Assembly: GCA_964016885.1 (NCBI GenBank)
Contig: OZ024749.1
Span: 45,942,001-46,006,000, forward strand
Direction: 5' to 3'
Origin: Eledone cirrhosa
Lineage: Eukaryota
Length of the DNA: 64,000 nt
A program made the translations under genes and the position numbers. Positions 13,837 to 29,203 of the stretch are shown here, piece after piece. The notes beneath the pieces are model-generated. The model did no database searches. It was not told where the DNA came from and was given only the letters and a program-made list of their open reading frames with translations. Every line of letters begins with the position of its first letter. The stretch's first letter is position 1.

Positions 13837-14027
13837 GCGGTGGATTGGCAGTATCGGTAGAGAGCCGGACGCCAGGCTTTGTAGCATAGAGTTACGTCCC
13901 TTTATGATCGTAGTTCAAATCCAGACCCGGTTAACTTTGCCTTTCATCCGTACGGGGGTCGATAAAATAAAGTACCAGTAATACACTGGTAAATTGCTGG
14001 CCTTGTGCCAAAAGTAGAAACAATTAT
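13837..14027 (+). mobile_element. OK-like SINE
   Basis: Full-length match; aattatgat on both sides (possible TSD). Confidence 0.88.
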
Positions 14028-14063
14028 GATTTTATTTAAACACACACACACACACACACACAC

Positions 14064-14151
14064 GGAACAAGTAAGAACAAGTAAGACCCCGATGGCTGAG
14101 CTCAGCCGTCGAAACGGCTTGAGCTCAGCCGTCGGGCTCTTACTTGTTCCT
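14064..14151. mobile_element. Family C fold-back (half-hammerhead palindrome)
   Basis: gaacaagtaagaccccgatggctgagctcagccgt-cgaa-acggcttgagctcagccgtcgggctcttacttgttc between (CA)n and (TA)n. Confidence 0.6.
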
Positions 14152-14206
14152 ATATATATATATATATATATATATGCAGATATATAGATACATACATACA
14201 CACACA

Positions 14207-14280
<74 letters not shown>

Positions 14281-14599
14281 GATATATAGATACATACATA
14301 CACACAAACACAGACACACAGAGAAATAAATATATAGTGAAAATAGAGTGACGAACGTTAGCTTCTCTGACTGGTAGGAGACACTTTCTTCACACAATGC
14401 GTGGGAAAAGTTGAAGGTAGGTCAGCGTTCGGCAGTATGGCAGCGGCCAGATCAAAAGAAGAACCGGTTGATATTCATTGTGAGAGTTTACACTATTAGT
14501 ATTGCTTCGTATAGCACAGACGCACACGTACACATACGCAGCACACATACACGATTACACATACACAAACACACACACACATACACACACACTCACACA

Positions 14600-15450
<851 letters not shown>

Positions 15451-15740
15451 ATAATTTAGGGTGTATGTAAGTGCCATCAACCTTTAATGGTGAGTAACAT
15501 GGTGTATGTCTGTATATGCCCATATATTTAAACCTAGTTATTAACAAAATGCTATGTATGGCTACTTGTATTCCTGTCTCCCTCTCTATTTCTTGTACTG
15601 CTATATTTATTCATATATTTGACCGTACACACGCACACTGACACACACCCACACCCATATACTCACACACACACATACACACACACATATATTTAGAGAC
15701 ATACACACATATATATGCATATTTATATACATATGTATAT

Positions 15741-15862
<122 letters not shown>

Positions 15863-17599
15863 GCATATATATATACGTGAGTAGGTGCGTATTTGTTTGC
15901 AGCTGAATATTAAAAGAAAGGTGTAAAATTATGAAAATATAAAAAAAGCAATATTGCAGACATACATCCGCCGTTGTGGGAACATCGTATAAATTTGAGT
16001 ACAATTTTAAATCCAGGTGGGTTGTTATGAACGAATATACAATTTATTGCCGTAGTGGGCCCAATTATGTCTCTTGTAAATTCATTTCAGTAAGATTATT
16101 GTATATATGTCTGTGTAGATGTGTGTTTTGGCTCTATGTGTGTGTTGTAAGTGTACTTGATTGTGTATATGTGTCTGTGTGATTCTGTATGTGTGTATGC
16201 AAGTGCATACGTCGAAGGTTAGTGTTTGTATTTATTTAAAGGCAAATAACTAATAGATTATTCGTGAACATATTTCTTCTGTTTATCATTAATTATTCCT
16301 TAACAGCCTTTAATGTCCAACTTTGTATTATCCTCTGGACATAGATGTATGGTAAACCTTTACAGGCAGTTCGATGGGCGTTATTTTACATCTATAACCG
16401 AAAAACACGAAGCTACTCTCAGAGTGTATTCTTCTTGGCTTGGGTCTCTCTAGTCTCGGTGGTGATCAAAATGCGTATAGTTGCAATGAATCTATGTCTG
16501 TCCTAGTTGCAATGAAACTATATCTGTCTTTGGGGCTATAGAAAACACATTAAGTAATTCCGAAAACCGTCGTGTATCTTGTGGAAAATGCCTATGGATT
16601 GCACACCTATAAACGTGAGTATTGAAAAAAGAAAAAAAATAGACTGTCAAATTGGATATAGAGGAAAATAGAATTTTAAAAATAGTGGTTCAAATATAAG
16701 TCATATATATGAGTCAGATATAAGTTATCTTTGATCTATTGGGACCAAAGATAACACTTCTTAAAACCAAATATGAATAATCTCCTATGACAGGGGAAAT
16801 AATTCATCATCAATGATAGAATTGAGGCAAAGTTGGTTTCACTGTGATTTAAAAGAAAGAGATTTTTAACTTGTTTTCTGTTGTTGATTTCATATCGCAA
16901 TATTCGATGGTCATGACTAGTCCACATAACTGTTTTTAGACCTACCCAATCATGGGAAACGAGAGTAGAAATTCCTCTTCAAGGCGGGCATATATTTCAA
17001 AAGATTTCAACAAGAAGGTGCTCATTACATTCCCCAAGATGAAGATGGTGGCAATATAAGCTGTGACATATTACGTTCACTGTATAAGAACTGTAAAAGC
17101 CCAATTGAATGACATTGCGTTATAGTCTGTCTACCCATATTGGAAGAGGCGGCGCATTACATTTTTGAAGAAACTGAATATTTTTTAGAATCCAGTAATA
17201 TATATTTACATAACATTTATTATATAATATACAGACAAATCATAATTCTTTATAGCACAATCCAATAACAGGCAATGTTTTTACTATCTGAAGGTTGATT
17301 CAGTATGAAATAAACAAAAATGTGCACAGAATATTTATGATTCTATCATACACTTCGCTCACTCATAAAAGCATACAGTTGATATATATATATGTGAGGG
17401 TATAAATATGTGTAGGTGTATACATGCATGTGTCTGTATTCGCATGCGTAGATTAGTACATAGAAAGATTACTTAGTACATATGTACCATGCATGGAATT
17501 TCAGCAAAGCGTGATATCCCTAAATTTAACACAGAAAAATCAGTGCATACATAATTTGTTCAAACACCATAATGAAGTGGTAAGAATATGAATAAATCA

Positions 17600-17641
<42 letters not shown>

Positions 17642-17727
17642 TATATGATTGTATATATATATATATAGTGTGTGTGTGTGTGGGGGGGGGGGGGGCAATT
17701 ATGTGACAGTGTGGGTACACACGCGCA

Positions 17728-17767
<40 letters not shown>

Positions 17768-17770
17768 ATA

Positions 17771-17973
17771 CGTTATTCCGGGTTGAATCGGAGGTAACCA
17801 CAGTAAGTGAGGTACTCAATACATAGCAGAGTATAACAGTTTTAATATAGATGAGATTCTACAGGACTAGAACTGTTTCATTCATTAGAAATCATCAGGA
17901 ATCCTGAGATTCCTGATGATTTCTAATGAATGAAACAGTTCTAGTCCTGTAGAATCTCATCTATATTAAAACT
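17771..17973 (-). mobile_element. Penelope-like mini-element, family B, perfect fold-back (arms 17838-17903 / 17908-17973)
   Basis: Arms are reverse complements around a 4-nt ctga loop; flanked by (TA)n. Confidence 0.78.
17905..17959 (+). ncRNA. Type I hammerhead ribozyme motif (family B); mirror copy on minus strand ~17854-17903
   Basis: tgagattc CTGATGA t-ttc-taat-gaa-t GAAA cag ttctagtc ctg TA gaatctca: 8-bp stem I, 3-bp stem III, GUA cleavage triplet. Confidence 0.75.
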
Positions 17974-18681
17974 ATATATATAAACATATATATGTATACA
18001 TATACATACATATACTTTCATACACACATGCGCATATACATACAGACATTTATTCAATCGAAAACACGTCTGACCCGTATGTCTATGACAGTAAATTGCA
18101 GGAGATTTTGTTTGTTTGATTGTTTATCATATTATTGATTGCAGTTATTACCGATCAAGCAAGTAATGAGTCTTATAATTATCATCATTAATATTATTCT
18201 TAATTGCCTTTCATCCGTCTGGATCATTAAAACATACTAAACCTGAGATAGGTTCGATCGTATCGATCTGCATTAAACTTATGCTTCAAACGTGTAGCCA
18301 CCAGAAATCATTATCTAATTATTTAGACATGTCGCCTTGTAAATACCCCCATAGTACTTACATTCGTAGTTCTCTGCAAACATAGTTCAAATCCTGTCCC
18401 ACCTAATTTTATCTTTGTATATTATATGTAGGTTGAACCTTTTGAACTTCGGATATAATTATTTGCATGGTTTGTACTGGATTTTTAAGCCCCGAATTTG
18501 TTTTCTTCTGAGGTTCATGTGTCTTGTATTACTTAGAGGTTGACAAAGAGGAAAGCAATTCTAGTCCTCTTATTCGTCCTCTAGCACTCCACTTCTCTTA
18601 TTCTATTTTTCTTTGTCTGTTTTCCTATCCAACCTCTCTCTATGCATCTCTTTCTGTTCTATATTCACACACATACACACA

Positions 18682-18808
<127 letters not shown>

Positions 18809-20195
18809 TGCAGAGTCCAGGCCTCATAGTTAATTGGGGTTTTCAGAATTTAGAAGGTGTTATTTCAACCATTTATATCAAAGATGGTGTAGTGGCAGAA
18901 TTTGTAAATCTTTGGCAGTAGACTTAAAACGGTGTGTTATGGTTTCGATGGCATATTCGATTCAGTGTATGAGGACACCAGTTGATTTACTAAATGAGTT
19001 GATTCATCGATTGATCATATCGGGGGTTAGGCATTTGAGAAAATGTTCTGCAATATTTAGTTGCTGTAATAAACGCTCTGAGTTGAAAGCCCCTAAGATG
19101 TTTGTCATTTATCTGAGGTCGGGAAATTAACATTCCGACATTGGTTTAATTGACTTCATTCTTCTTTTTGAAAATTGTGAGCATTGTGATCAGCTTAGTA
19201 TGCTTTTCAAATGTGCCTGAATCGCAGCTGGCATGATTTGAACACACATTATGTCAGAAACATAATATCAACACCGCCCAGCATGCCATGTAAGAATCTA
19301 CTTTAGAAAACACCTACATAACGCACGTATAATGGAGGTATTAAGCAGACAAGACGGACACGCATTTCAGAAGAAAGCAATTGTATTCACATATACGTTT
19401 TGATTAAGAAAATCAAAGGATTATAAAATAGTTATATTATATAAAACCTTTATACAGCTATTCAATGAAGAACATTTTGTATAGTGTAATCGTTCATGTA
19501 CAATTTGTTGTAATGCATGAAAAGGTCAATGTGAATATTAATTTATTTATATATCTCGGGGATATGAACAGATTTAGTACTGTGAGAAAGCTGGCGGACA
19601 TTACAAACGTGATGAATTCTGTACTGAATATGAGAGTACTTGCTGGATATACCAATAGATACGGCGGCCTACTTAGATACTTATTATAAATTCAGTGGAT
19701 ATTAACATACAATAATAGGCGCTCTGATATGTCCATTCCAATGATATCAAACTCACTGTAAATTATGCGAAAAATCAGCAATACCCTAAATATTTTGAAG
19801 TCACAATATTTACGAAGAACAAATTTCAACAGATTTTAAGAATATTAACATGTTCATATCAACAAGAACATTCCAGATGGATTTGGATTAGTTCTAACCC
19901 TTCATACTAAACCGAAAGTTCGTTTTAAAAGAGAACTCTTAAATTAAATGACATAAAATCTAATAACAATTCAGACTCGATAGCAGGAGTTTTCTGAACT
20001 GATCCAGGATTATATATCAACAAACATCACTTTCGTTATGCAATCGGTAAGTAAGAACATAAATAATTGTATAATATCTTGTCACAATGACTTTCAAATT
20101 TCGTACTTATATTCGAAATAGCTTTCATGCAAGTGTGTGGTATCCTAATGTCGGTATTTATTTCTGAGGAAAGATTGGTAGACAGTATATATGTA

Positions 20196-20249
<54 letters not shown>

Positions 20250-20261
20250 TATATATATAAG

Positions 20262-20300
<39 letters not shown>

Positions 20301-20399
20301 AAGAATATTTTCGAAACAGCGAGCGGGTTTGAAATTATTATAAATGTAAGCTATCGCCGTATTTTGACTAAAGAAATTAAAGAAATTGTTTCGCCTGAT

Positions 20400-20622
20400 A
20401 GTGGGGTTAAAAACCCTCGGAGAAATAGAAAAAGATGTGTATTGACGTACATGGGAGTCGAACCCACATCTTTGGTTATCCAGACCACTGTGCACAGTCC
20501 CTAAGTTTATAGCTTCTAATTTGAATGGAAAGAGACGGGTGATCTGTTGGTGTAAATGGTAGCACAGTGGTCTGGATAACAAAAGATGTGAGTTCGACTC
20601 CCATGTACGTCAATACTCATCT
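20400..20622. mobile_element. Inverted pair of tRNA-derived SINE heads (second family)
   Basis: Plus copy ~20540-20622 with A-box TGGTGTAAATGG and B-box GAGTTCGACTCC; minus copy 20400-20493; ~60-bp arms 20433-20493 / 20562-20622. Confidence 0.7.
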
Positions 20623-22323
20623 GAGTAGCAGCGGATGCGACAAAGATTACAAATGAAATATAACAATTATATAGGAATTAAGGCAGAAAGTTACTTGTAA
20701 AACTCGTAAAACTCTGTAAATATGACACTGTTATTGACAGCATTAATATCTATGTACCTTTATGATTGTTATGTAGAATAGGACGTTAATTATATGTCTA
20801 AACGTTTCTAGTGCTCCGATGATTCCAAACGAAAATTTGGAAGAAACGATTGTCAGCAATAAAATGTTTTGAACATAGTTTTGATTATTCTGTAAATATA
20901 TTCCTGCTCTGTAAAACATCTGATGTATTTACATTAAGCTATTTTTCTTACTGGTAATAAGGTAGTAATCAATTACTGACCTTTCCTATTTATAATTGTA
21001 TATATTTTATATATAATTATAACTAATATTATTAGTATATATATGTATGTATGTATGTATATATAGCCACATTTATGTGTGTATTTGTGTATTAAGGACT
21101 GGAATATTTCCTAATAATAGTTGGCGAGAAAAAGCTGAAAAAAACATTCATAATATTACTTTGCTTTTTGCTGTAATTTATCTGTAATTTTCTGGGTTTT
21201 TTTTAATTTTGCCCGCGGAGTACATAGGCATTTAAAATGTTTGTTGAATACTTTGTCACCTATATGATATTTCATGCCGTATATACATCAGTAGATATTA
21301 CAACACTCAACGTGAATCAAATAGAGATATTTATTTACATTTTGTGCATAGCCATAAATTTCATTTAAAATCTTATATATCTATATATTTGTTATACTCT
21401 TGGATATGCATACAATATACAGTAGTGTAATTATACATGAGATGTTTGTTCATTTCTTCCTACTCGAATATTCACCCTATATAGGGAGTTAAAATTTGAA
21501 CTCATTTCGTTCAAAATTACGCTGTTAGCTTCCTGGAATCCATTTTAAACTATTAAAAAAAAAAATCAGACAAATTTTGAAAGTAATATATGTCTTTCTT
21601 TTCAACATATCTTAGTACTATATTTTGTATAGAGCATCACTGTTTTCCGGTTTGCAAGTAAAACTATCCATTTTTTCTGAAATTTGATGAGAAAAAGAGA
21701 ATGTTCGTGAGGATGTGAATTTTTGACCGAATATATTTTTTTTATAAGGAGAAAAGTAATTATAACGACATAAAAACAACATCAATAATAAGATTTAAAA
21801 AATAGTAATAATAATAATGATAACGATAATGATAAAAACAATAACAATAAGTAAACGCAACGTCAATAACAACAACAACAATGATAAATACACATTCAGT
21901 TACCTGAAGCTAGTGGCAAATTAGGCAATTCAGTCCCTATTACGGCGGCGAATGGTTGGGAGGAGGTGAAGATTTTAATTTGTAATGGAGGTTTCGCGTT
22001 TGACATTCGTGTCAAAAACAGGGTGAGAAAGAGAAGGAGAACGAGACACAGGAGAAGAGAGAGGGTGTGTGTGAGGGAGAGAGATGTAGCAATAAGGGTG
22101 GGGGAGAGAAGTGACAAAAAAATGAGACAGGTGAAAACAGTAACGGGTAGCTGAAATAAGGTGCCCCAGGGAGATAAAGGGTTAGATTTAGTAAGAAATA
22201 TATATAACAAGTAAAAGGAAAAAAAAAAGGAAAAGTGGCCGTAAAATGCAGTAGGTGGAAAATGGAGTGTGTATATATATATATACAAAAATAAATATAT
22301 ATATATATATATATGTGAGTGTA

Positions 22324-22363
<40 letters not shown>

Positions 22364-22376
22364 AATATATATGTGA

Positions 22377-22566
<190 letters not shown>

Positions 22567-22585
22567 ATATATATATATAAATATA

Positions 22586-22617
<32 letters not shown>

Positions 22618-23668
22618 CTCGTGCTAGTCTGTGCGCCTATGATTGAATGCATGTATATATATATATATATGTGTATTTATGTAAGTATGGACGTATGTAT
22701 GAATGCATATATGTATGTATTAATGACTAAATTTAATGGTCTGTAGGCGGAACGAATTGTTACAAAAGGCTTCAGATTCGCATATATTTTAGCAATTAAC
22801 ACGTTTTCTGTATTTTCCTCATCATCAGCATCATTGCTTACTCAGTCCTGGTTTCTCCTTCTTTGTCATCAATTTGTTTCATTCAGAATTTCTCTCATGA
22901 ATATATTTATCTCTCTATATTTAAATTTCTGTTGGTTGTTTACTTCGAATTTTCTAAGATACTACTGGCTATTTAGAACTTTCACTTTCGAGTCCCCAGC
23001 AGTATAGGCAGGCATTTGAGGTAAATATTTACCATAAGTAACCAGTAATATATGTCCATTATTCGTTTGGAGTTTCAAATTGCCTTCACTAGAGCCCGAA
23101 CTAATCGTGTGTTGTTGCTTAACAACTAGTTAAACCGGACTCAGCGAAGATTTGATCACACACGTTGTAGTCATATGTAGGACTATATCAACTAGCATGT
23201 GGTTCATTTTGTAATGACGGTCCTGTTTGATTTGAAAGAATTTCTTAAATAGAAATCCGTCCGTTGTTGCTGTTCACCAGATTGCAAGTAACTACAATTT
23301 GAGCAAATCTGTTCTATATGCTATTCAGAGAAAGATAGAGATTTTGGAGACGTTAGTTAGATTGACATTGTTCCGACAAGGGTTGCTATCTGATCATAAC
23401 TACTCATGTATTCAACTAGTTTATAATGTAATAGAAATAATACTGAAGTATATTGCACATGTGACACTTGTGTATTGCACGATTGCACTTGAGTCCAACT
23501 TGTAGTACACATTTCACCTGATCATCAAACATGGATCAAGCAAATAAGGGGGGGGGGGACGAAGAAGAAGAAGAAGAAGAAGAAGAAAAGAAGAAGAAGA
23601 AGAAGAGGTAACATATTAGAAATCCAGAATAGAAAATTATTGATGATAATAATGGTTTCTCATTAATA

Positions 23669-23851
23669 ATAATTGTTTCTACTTTAGGCACAAGGCCAGC
23701 AAATACCAGTACATTACTGGTACTTTATTTTATCGACCCCGTAAGGATGAAAGCAAAGTTAACCTCGGCGGGATTTGAACTCAGACTGTAAAGGGACCTA
23801 ACTATGCTAGAAAACATGGCGTCCAACCCTCTACTGATACTGCCAATACGC
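23669..23851 (-). mobile_element. OK-like SINE
   Basis: Full-length match to the other copies. Confidence 0.9.
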
Positions 23852-23863
23852 TAATAATAATAA

Positions 23864-23899
<36 letters not shown>

Positions 23900-24700
23900 A
23901 ATAATCCATGTTTAATTTGCAATAAAATCTCACACAACATTAATCGCTAAGAGGAATGTAAACAACAATATCAGTAAACGTAAATGAGTATACAATACCA
24001 CCACCACCACGACCACCACCCAACAACAACAACAACAACAACAATAACATCATCGACAACAATCATCAATAACAACAGCTACATCAATATTATCAACAGC
24101 AACATCAGAAATATACTGAATAAAGATATGTTCTTTTAGAAAACATGTGCATGATTCTGTGTATTATTGAAACTACGAGTGTATTCATGGCTTTAAAGCA
24201 AATTCAGAGTTTAAAGGCAAGAAATGCATTCAAAAGTATTGTTTTCCTTATTATTTGTTGCGTTTTTTAACTTATTTTGTTGTCGTATATATTTTTTTCT
24301 GCATGTTACCGTCTCTGCTCGAGAATGTGTCTCAGAAATATCGGCTAAAAAGAAATAACCCTTCAGTTTCATAGGATTTGTCACGTTGTACATATTTTTG
24401 ACAAAATCTGTGAATATGTTTGTGTCCTGGGGCAGATAGTTATTCTTATTTCATTTATTTATTTATTTAGAGAGAAAAAAAATGCTTCTATCTTTTATCT
24501 TTCACGCAAATGATGATAATTGGGAAAAAGTACCAGAAAAAAATGAGAAAAAATTTAAGAAATATATAATGTTGCCTTATGTTAGAAGGGTGAATTTAGG
24601 AAGAAAAACAGAGAAACGTACAAACATACGTATGCACATACAGTCCTATGTACGTAGACTAATATAGAAATGCATACATGTCTCTCTCTCTATATATATT

Positions 24701-24772
<72 letters not shown>

Positions 24773-24899
24773 TATCCAAAATTAAGATAAATCAAATGAA
24801 TTTAATCTAAATCAAAATTATGGGTGTCATGCCAGAAAGACATGCGCCATATCGCCCGCAAAATATTCATGTTTATTTATATGTTAATCAATTTCTAGT

Positions 24900-24957
<58 letters not shown>

Positions 24958-25232
24958 GGTGTGGGAGGCTTAAAGCGTCCTTATGCGGTAGGCCTTTTGA
25001 CCATTAGAAGAGAGTATAATATCACATAAGAAACGGAGAATCAGTAGTGCGACGAATACAATTTATTAGACATATTAAAATCGTTTTCCTGCGACCACCT
25101 CGATTTCAGAGTCAGGTTCGATCATTGCATCGATCGTGCCTCGAGCTGGTCGCCAGACAAACGATTGTAATATGTCTAATACATTTTATTCGTCGCACAA
25201 CTGATTCTCCGTTTCTTTATATTATTTTCTAG
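24958..25232 (-). mobile_element. Diverged fold-back mini-element next to (TA)n (probably Penelope-like)
   Basis: Imperfect arms ~25026-25103 / 25141-25220 (aagaaacggagaatcagt...actgattctccgtttctt). Confidence 0.5.
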
Positions 25233-25457
25233 TTTGGGTGTTATAAAGATGATTTACTTATTATGCTAAATTAACTGTGTTATTTGTTCTGTGTAATTAC
25301 ATTATTTGTTTAGATGAAACCAAGTTCAATTTTGCATTTTTTCCTTCCAGGGACGATGAAATATGGAGACAGCCAAGCACTGGGGTTGAATTTCTAGGCT
25401 ATTAGATAGTGGGAAGTTATTGATTGGAAAATATACCAACGTATATCACTGCTGATT

Positions 25458-27161
25458 CACCGTGTAACATATTTTTTGTTCGCCGGTTATAAGTGTCATT
25501 TCATGGTTTGTTATATCCCATCATTATAAAAAAAAAACACTATTATTTAATCAGAAATTTGGGTTTGTGGTGAGGAGTTTCATATTTCGAAATTTTCATA
25601 TTTTTCAAGAAAAAACACATTTTAAAAAAATGTATCACTTCATATAATTAAATCAAGAGAGTATATATTTATTTTATTACACAAGCTTATCAAAAGCAAA
25701 GAAGTAAAAACAAATAATACTTATAAAGCAACTTATACACGTCGGAAATGACTGGATTTCCTGGATTTGCGGTTGTAGTCCAGGTCGCATTCCCGCACTA
25801 TCCCCCGGATGTAGCCCTGGTACCTCCGCTCCATCTCTTTCACATCTTGGTGAAATTGTTCGCCTTGTTCTTCTGAGTAGGCGCCCATATTGTCCTTGAA
25901 TTTTTCCAGGTTAGCGTCCATCATATGGAGTTTAAGCGACATCCTGCATCCCATGGCGCCAAATGCCTTTATCAGATCCTCACCAGTTGCTGGTAGTTTT
26001 CAACTCTGTAGTTGCCCAGGAAGCCCTTAACAACCGCCTTGAAACAGTTCCCTGCTGTTCTCTCAATCCTATTGAGCTTATTGGAGAACTCGATAGACTC
26101 AAACACCTTCTTTATCTGAGGTCCAACAAAATTTCCACCTTTGATTTTGGCCTCAGATAACTTGGGGAAGAACTCAAGAAGGTACTTAAAAGCGAATGAT
26201 TCATGGTTGAGAACCTTCACAAACTGCTTCATCAACCCCAACTTAATGTGCAGTAGCGGCATGAGCACAATCCTGGCATCAACCAGTGGCTCCCACATGA
26301 CGTTCCGGGTCCCAACTACAAATTCTGTTCGCTGCTCCCAGTTCTTTCTTGTATAGTGGTCAGAGGTGGCTCTGCTGTCCCAAAAGCAGAGGAAGCATTG
26401 GAATTTGATAAAGACTCCTTGGAGTCCAAGCAGGAAAGCCATAATCTTGAAGTCTCCTATGATTTCCCAATTGTACTGGTTGTATTGCAGAGCTTCCAAG
26501 AGGACTTTCACACTGTAGTAATCTTCCTCCAGACAGACTGAATGAGCTAGGGGCAGTATTGGGAACTTGTTTCCATTGTGGAGGAGGACAGCCTCGAAAC
26601 TTGTGGTGGAGCTGTCTATAAATAGTCGCCACTCCTTGGGCACAAACGGCACCCCAATAACGTCAAACAGTCCAGGCACGTCATGGCAGAAGCAGAGACC
26701 ATCCCTCAGAATTTAAAAGCCTGAGAAAGTTTCATGTCGACTTCTCTGACTTGTCACCTGCACTTCCTCCTTGACCAAGTTCCTCTGCTTAATCCTGGAG
26801 ACGAATGCTTAAAACATAACTTACCCTTTATTCAGAGGACGAAAATCCAGTATCAATAAATCTCTTTAATCCACTTTTTAACAATTTTATACTTTTATAA
26901 TTTTCTTTAGGTATTACTCGTTATTTTATCATTTTAATTTAACCTGAAACATATATAAAAAAATCATTTAACATAAGCAAATTAAACTTACATACATGTA
27001 AAATCCAGCATACAAATAATTCCAGTCAATAGCTTAGAATTTTTACAAACCTAAACTTTTAACTGTTTAATAGCACTTTTTTATTTATTTGGGACCTAAG
27101 CAACACAAAAAAGTGATTACAAGCCAGGAACAGAGAAAAACATTTTTTTTGTTACACGGTG
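25458..27161 (-). mobile_element. Chapaev3-like (CMC superfamily) DNA transposon, internally deleted
   Basis: Termini CACCGTGTAACA (25458) and TGTTACACGGTG (27161); transposase remnant inside; no clean TSD (att / ttg). Confidence 0.8.
25733..26805 (-). pseudogene. Chapaev3-type DDE transposase, disrupted
   Basis: Motifs EWRLFIDSS, AVLLHNGN, IIGDFK...CFLCFWDSR, LHIKLGLMKQFVK, SEEQGEQFHQD; in-frame stop near 26712, reading-frame break near 25960-25975, N-terminus missing. Confidence 0.82.
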
Positions 27162-27864
27162 TTGTGTCTACTACGCAGTTTTCACCTATGTAGTCTAGCA
27201 AATTCCAGTCCCCTCTTTTGGTAGATACCAGACAAAATGATAAAATCTCCTATAATTTCCCTGGTATGGAATTGAATACAAAGCTAGATAGTCGGTAAGC
27301 CAATTTCTTATATACATAGCTACGTGTGTGCCTATGTGCACCTACACCATATTATATGAACCTATTATTCAAAATTACTAATTTGTAATATACATATTTT
27401 AAAGAATGTTACAAAGAATTTACTGCCCAAACCATGAGAAAATATATTTGTTATTTAGTTACACCTGTTAAAATGTTCTTTCAATTTCCAGCCTGGTCGA
27501 GACTATTGTGCTAATGAAAGACATTATTATAGCTATGTTAAAATCTATGACGTTGCAGAAACGTTAATCCCCTGTGGGAAAAAGCTTTATTTAGTATAGT
27601 TTCTGCTAACTAGTTTATAACACATCATACAAAGACTGCGCACACTTGCAAACTTAAATGTTTTAATCGACATATATTTATTTATAAGATTTTAATTATT
27701 ATGTTGTATTTTTTAACTGTTATATATAATTATGTTTTTATTTTCTTTATTATAAATCAAATATTTTTTTTTTACTTTCAGGAAATATTATGCTTTTATT
27801 TCATGCTTCTAAGTATATTGAAAATTAAATAAATATTTGAGTACATAATTTTTCTATTAGACCT

Positions 27865-28079
27865 ATGAGGGTAGGTTTAAAACTTCACAGACTGCATATG
27901 AGAGGTTGATGCTAGTGCTATGAACAATTGAATTCATTAATTTCGAAACATCTTATTTTTAACTGCATTGTTTCCTTCGAGGGTCTATGCTGAAAAATAA
28001 ACCTCATTTAGTTTCCATGCGTGTATCTGGGTAAGCCTATTAATTTTTCAGCATATGAACCTTTCAACCGAGCCCCGTA
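27865..28079. mobile_element. Mariner-type MITE remnant
   Basis: ta-tgagggtaggtttaaaacttca ... tgaacctttcaaccgagccccg-ta degenerate TIRs with TA at both ends. Confidence 0.45.
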
Positions 28080-28086
28080 TATTATT

Positions 28087-28240
28087 TTGGCAGTATCGGT
28101 AGAGGGTCGGACCCTATGATTTGGACACTTTGCCATTCTGAGTTCAAATACCGCCTTTTATCCCTACGGGATCGATAAAGTAAAGTACCAGTAATATACT
28201 TGGAAATTGCTGGCCTTGTTCCAAAAGTAGAAACAATTAT
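28087..28240 (+). mobile_element. OK-like SINE with internal deletions
   Basis: Head and tail motifs retained. Confidence 0.8.
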
Positions 28241-28444
28241 TTCTTTGCACCAAGCATTTATTCAATATTAAACATATATTTGGTAACATTTCATATTTGC
28301 GGCTGTCATTGGAACAAAATATGTTAATTAAGGGAGAATTTCGTTTAACTACCAACTCCTTTTATGATTACGTAACTGGAATGAACCTTGGCCGTTAAAT
28401 CACAGGGACAGAAACTTACACACATTATTTATTTACTACTTTAA

Positions 28445-28633
28445 GGGCGATGGATTGGCAGTATCGGTAGAGGGTCGGACGCCATGCTTTCCAGCATAGT
28501 TACGTCTCTTTACAGTCTCAGTTGAAATCCCGCCGAGGTTAACTTTGTCTTTCATCCTTACGGGTTGATAAAATAAAGTACCAGTAATGCACTAGGATAA
28601 TTGGTGGCCTTGTGCCAGAAGTAGAAACAATTA
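28445..28633 (+). mobile_element. OK-like SINE with 14-bp TSD
   Basis: attatttatttact at 28424-28437 and 28630-28643. Confidence 0.9.
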
Positions 28634-29154
28634 TTTATTTACTGCTTAATATGAAACTTAGTCCCAAGTAATTATATTGATAAAAAATATTAAATGTGAC
28701 AATATGAGAATGTAATTGTTCTGTTTATTCTTTTTTTTTATATTCTAGGTCCGGGCAAATTTTAAGAGATCCAGTCGAAGTAAATTCATATGAATGTAAA
28801 CAACGAGTTCCACAATACAATGACACATCCATTGTGTGCTACTCTCTCGAACTTTTATAAATAACGACCATGTTTCCCACAAATATCACATTCATTGTCT
28901 TAACATGAAAGAACATCTACGAGAATTCAAGTCTCTTTGTTGGAAAACAAAATCTGGTATTGTCTCAGAATATCTGAATTATAATACGCCTGCTCTATTG
29001 TGACCAACCTGGTGATAAAAAAAACAATAAGAAGTTCTATAACTGTTAGAAAAATCGTGGCTACATTTCAGAAGTAAAACAAAAACTAAACATAAAAGTG
29101 TATTTGAACAGGTCCGGAGATCAAAACGTATAACAATGCAAAACCGAACACACC

Positions 29155-29203
<49 letters not shown>

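Noticed and set aside
18850-19290. Possible decayed LINE coding remnant
   Set aside because: No motif could be recovered convincingly by eye
20540-20622. Functional tRNA gene
   Set aside because: A/B boxes present but no clean acceptor stem or terminator; repeated with a shared downstream body, so SINE-like
25325-25400. Splice acceptor ttttttccttccag and exon
   Set aside because: Sequence aligns to the decayed SINE core (tttgcctttcatccttacggggtcgataaaata)
28749-28860. Candidate exon after ttctag
   Set aside because: Weak donor, short frame, no recognisable homology
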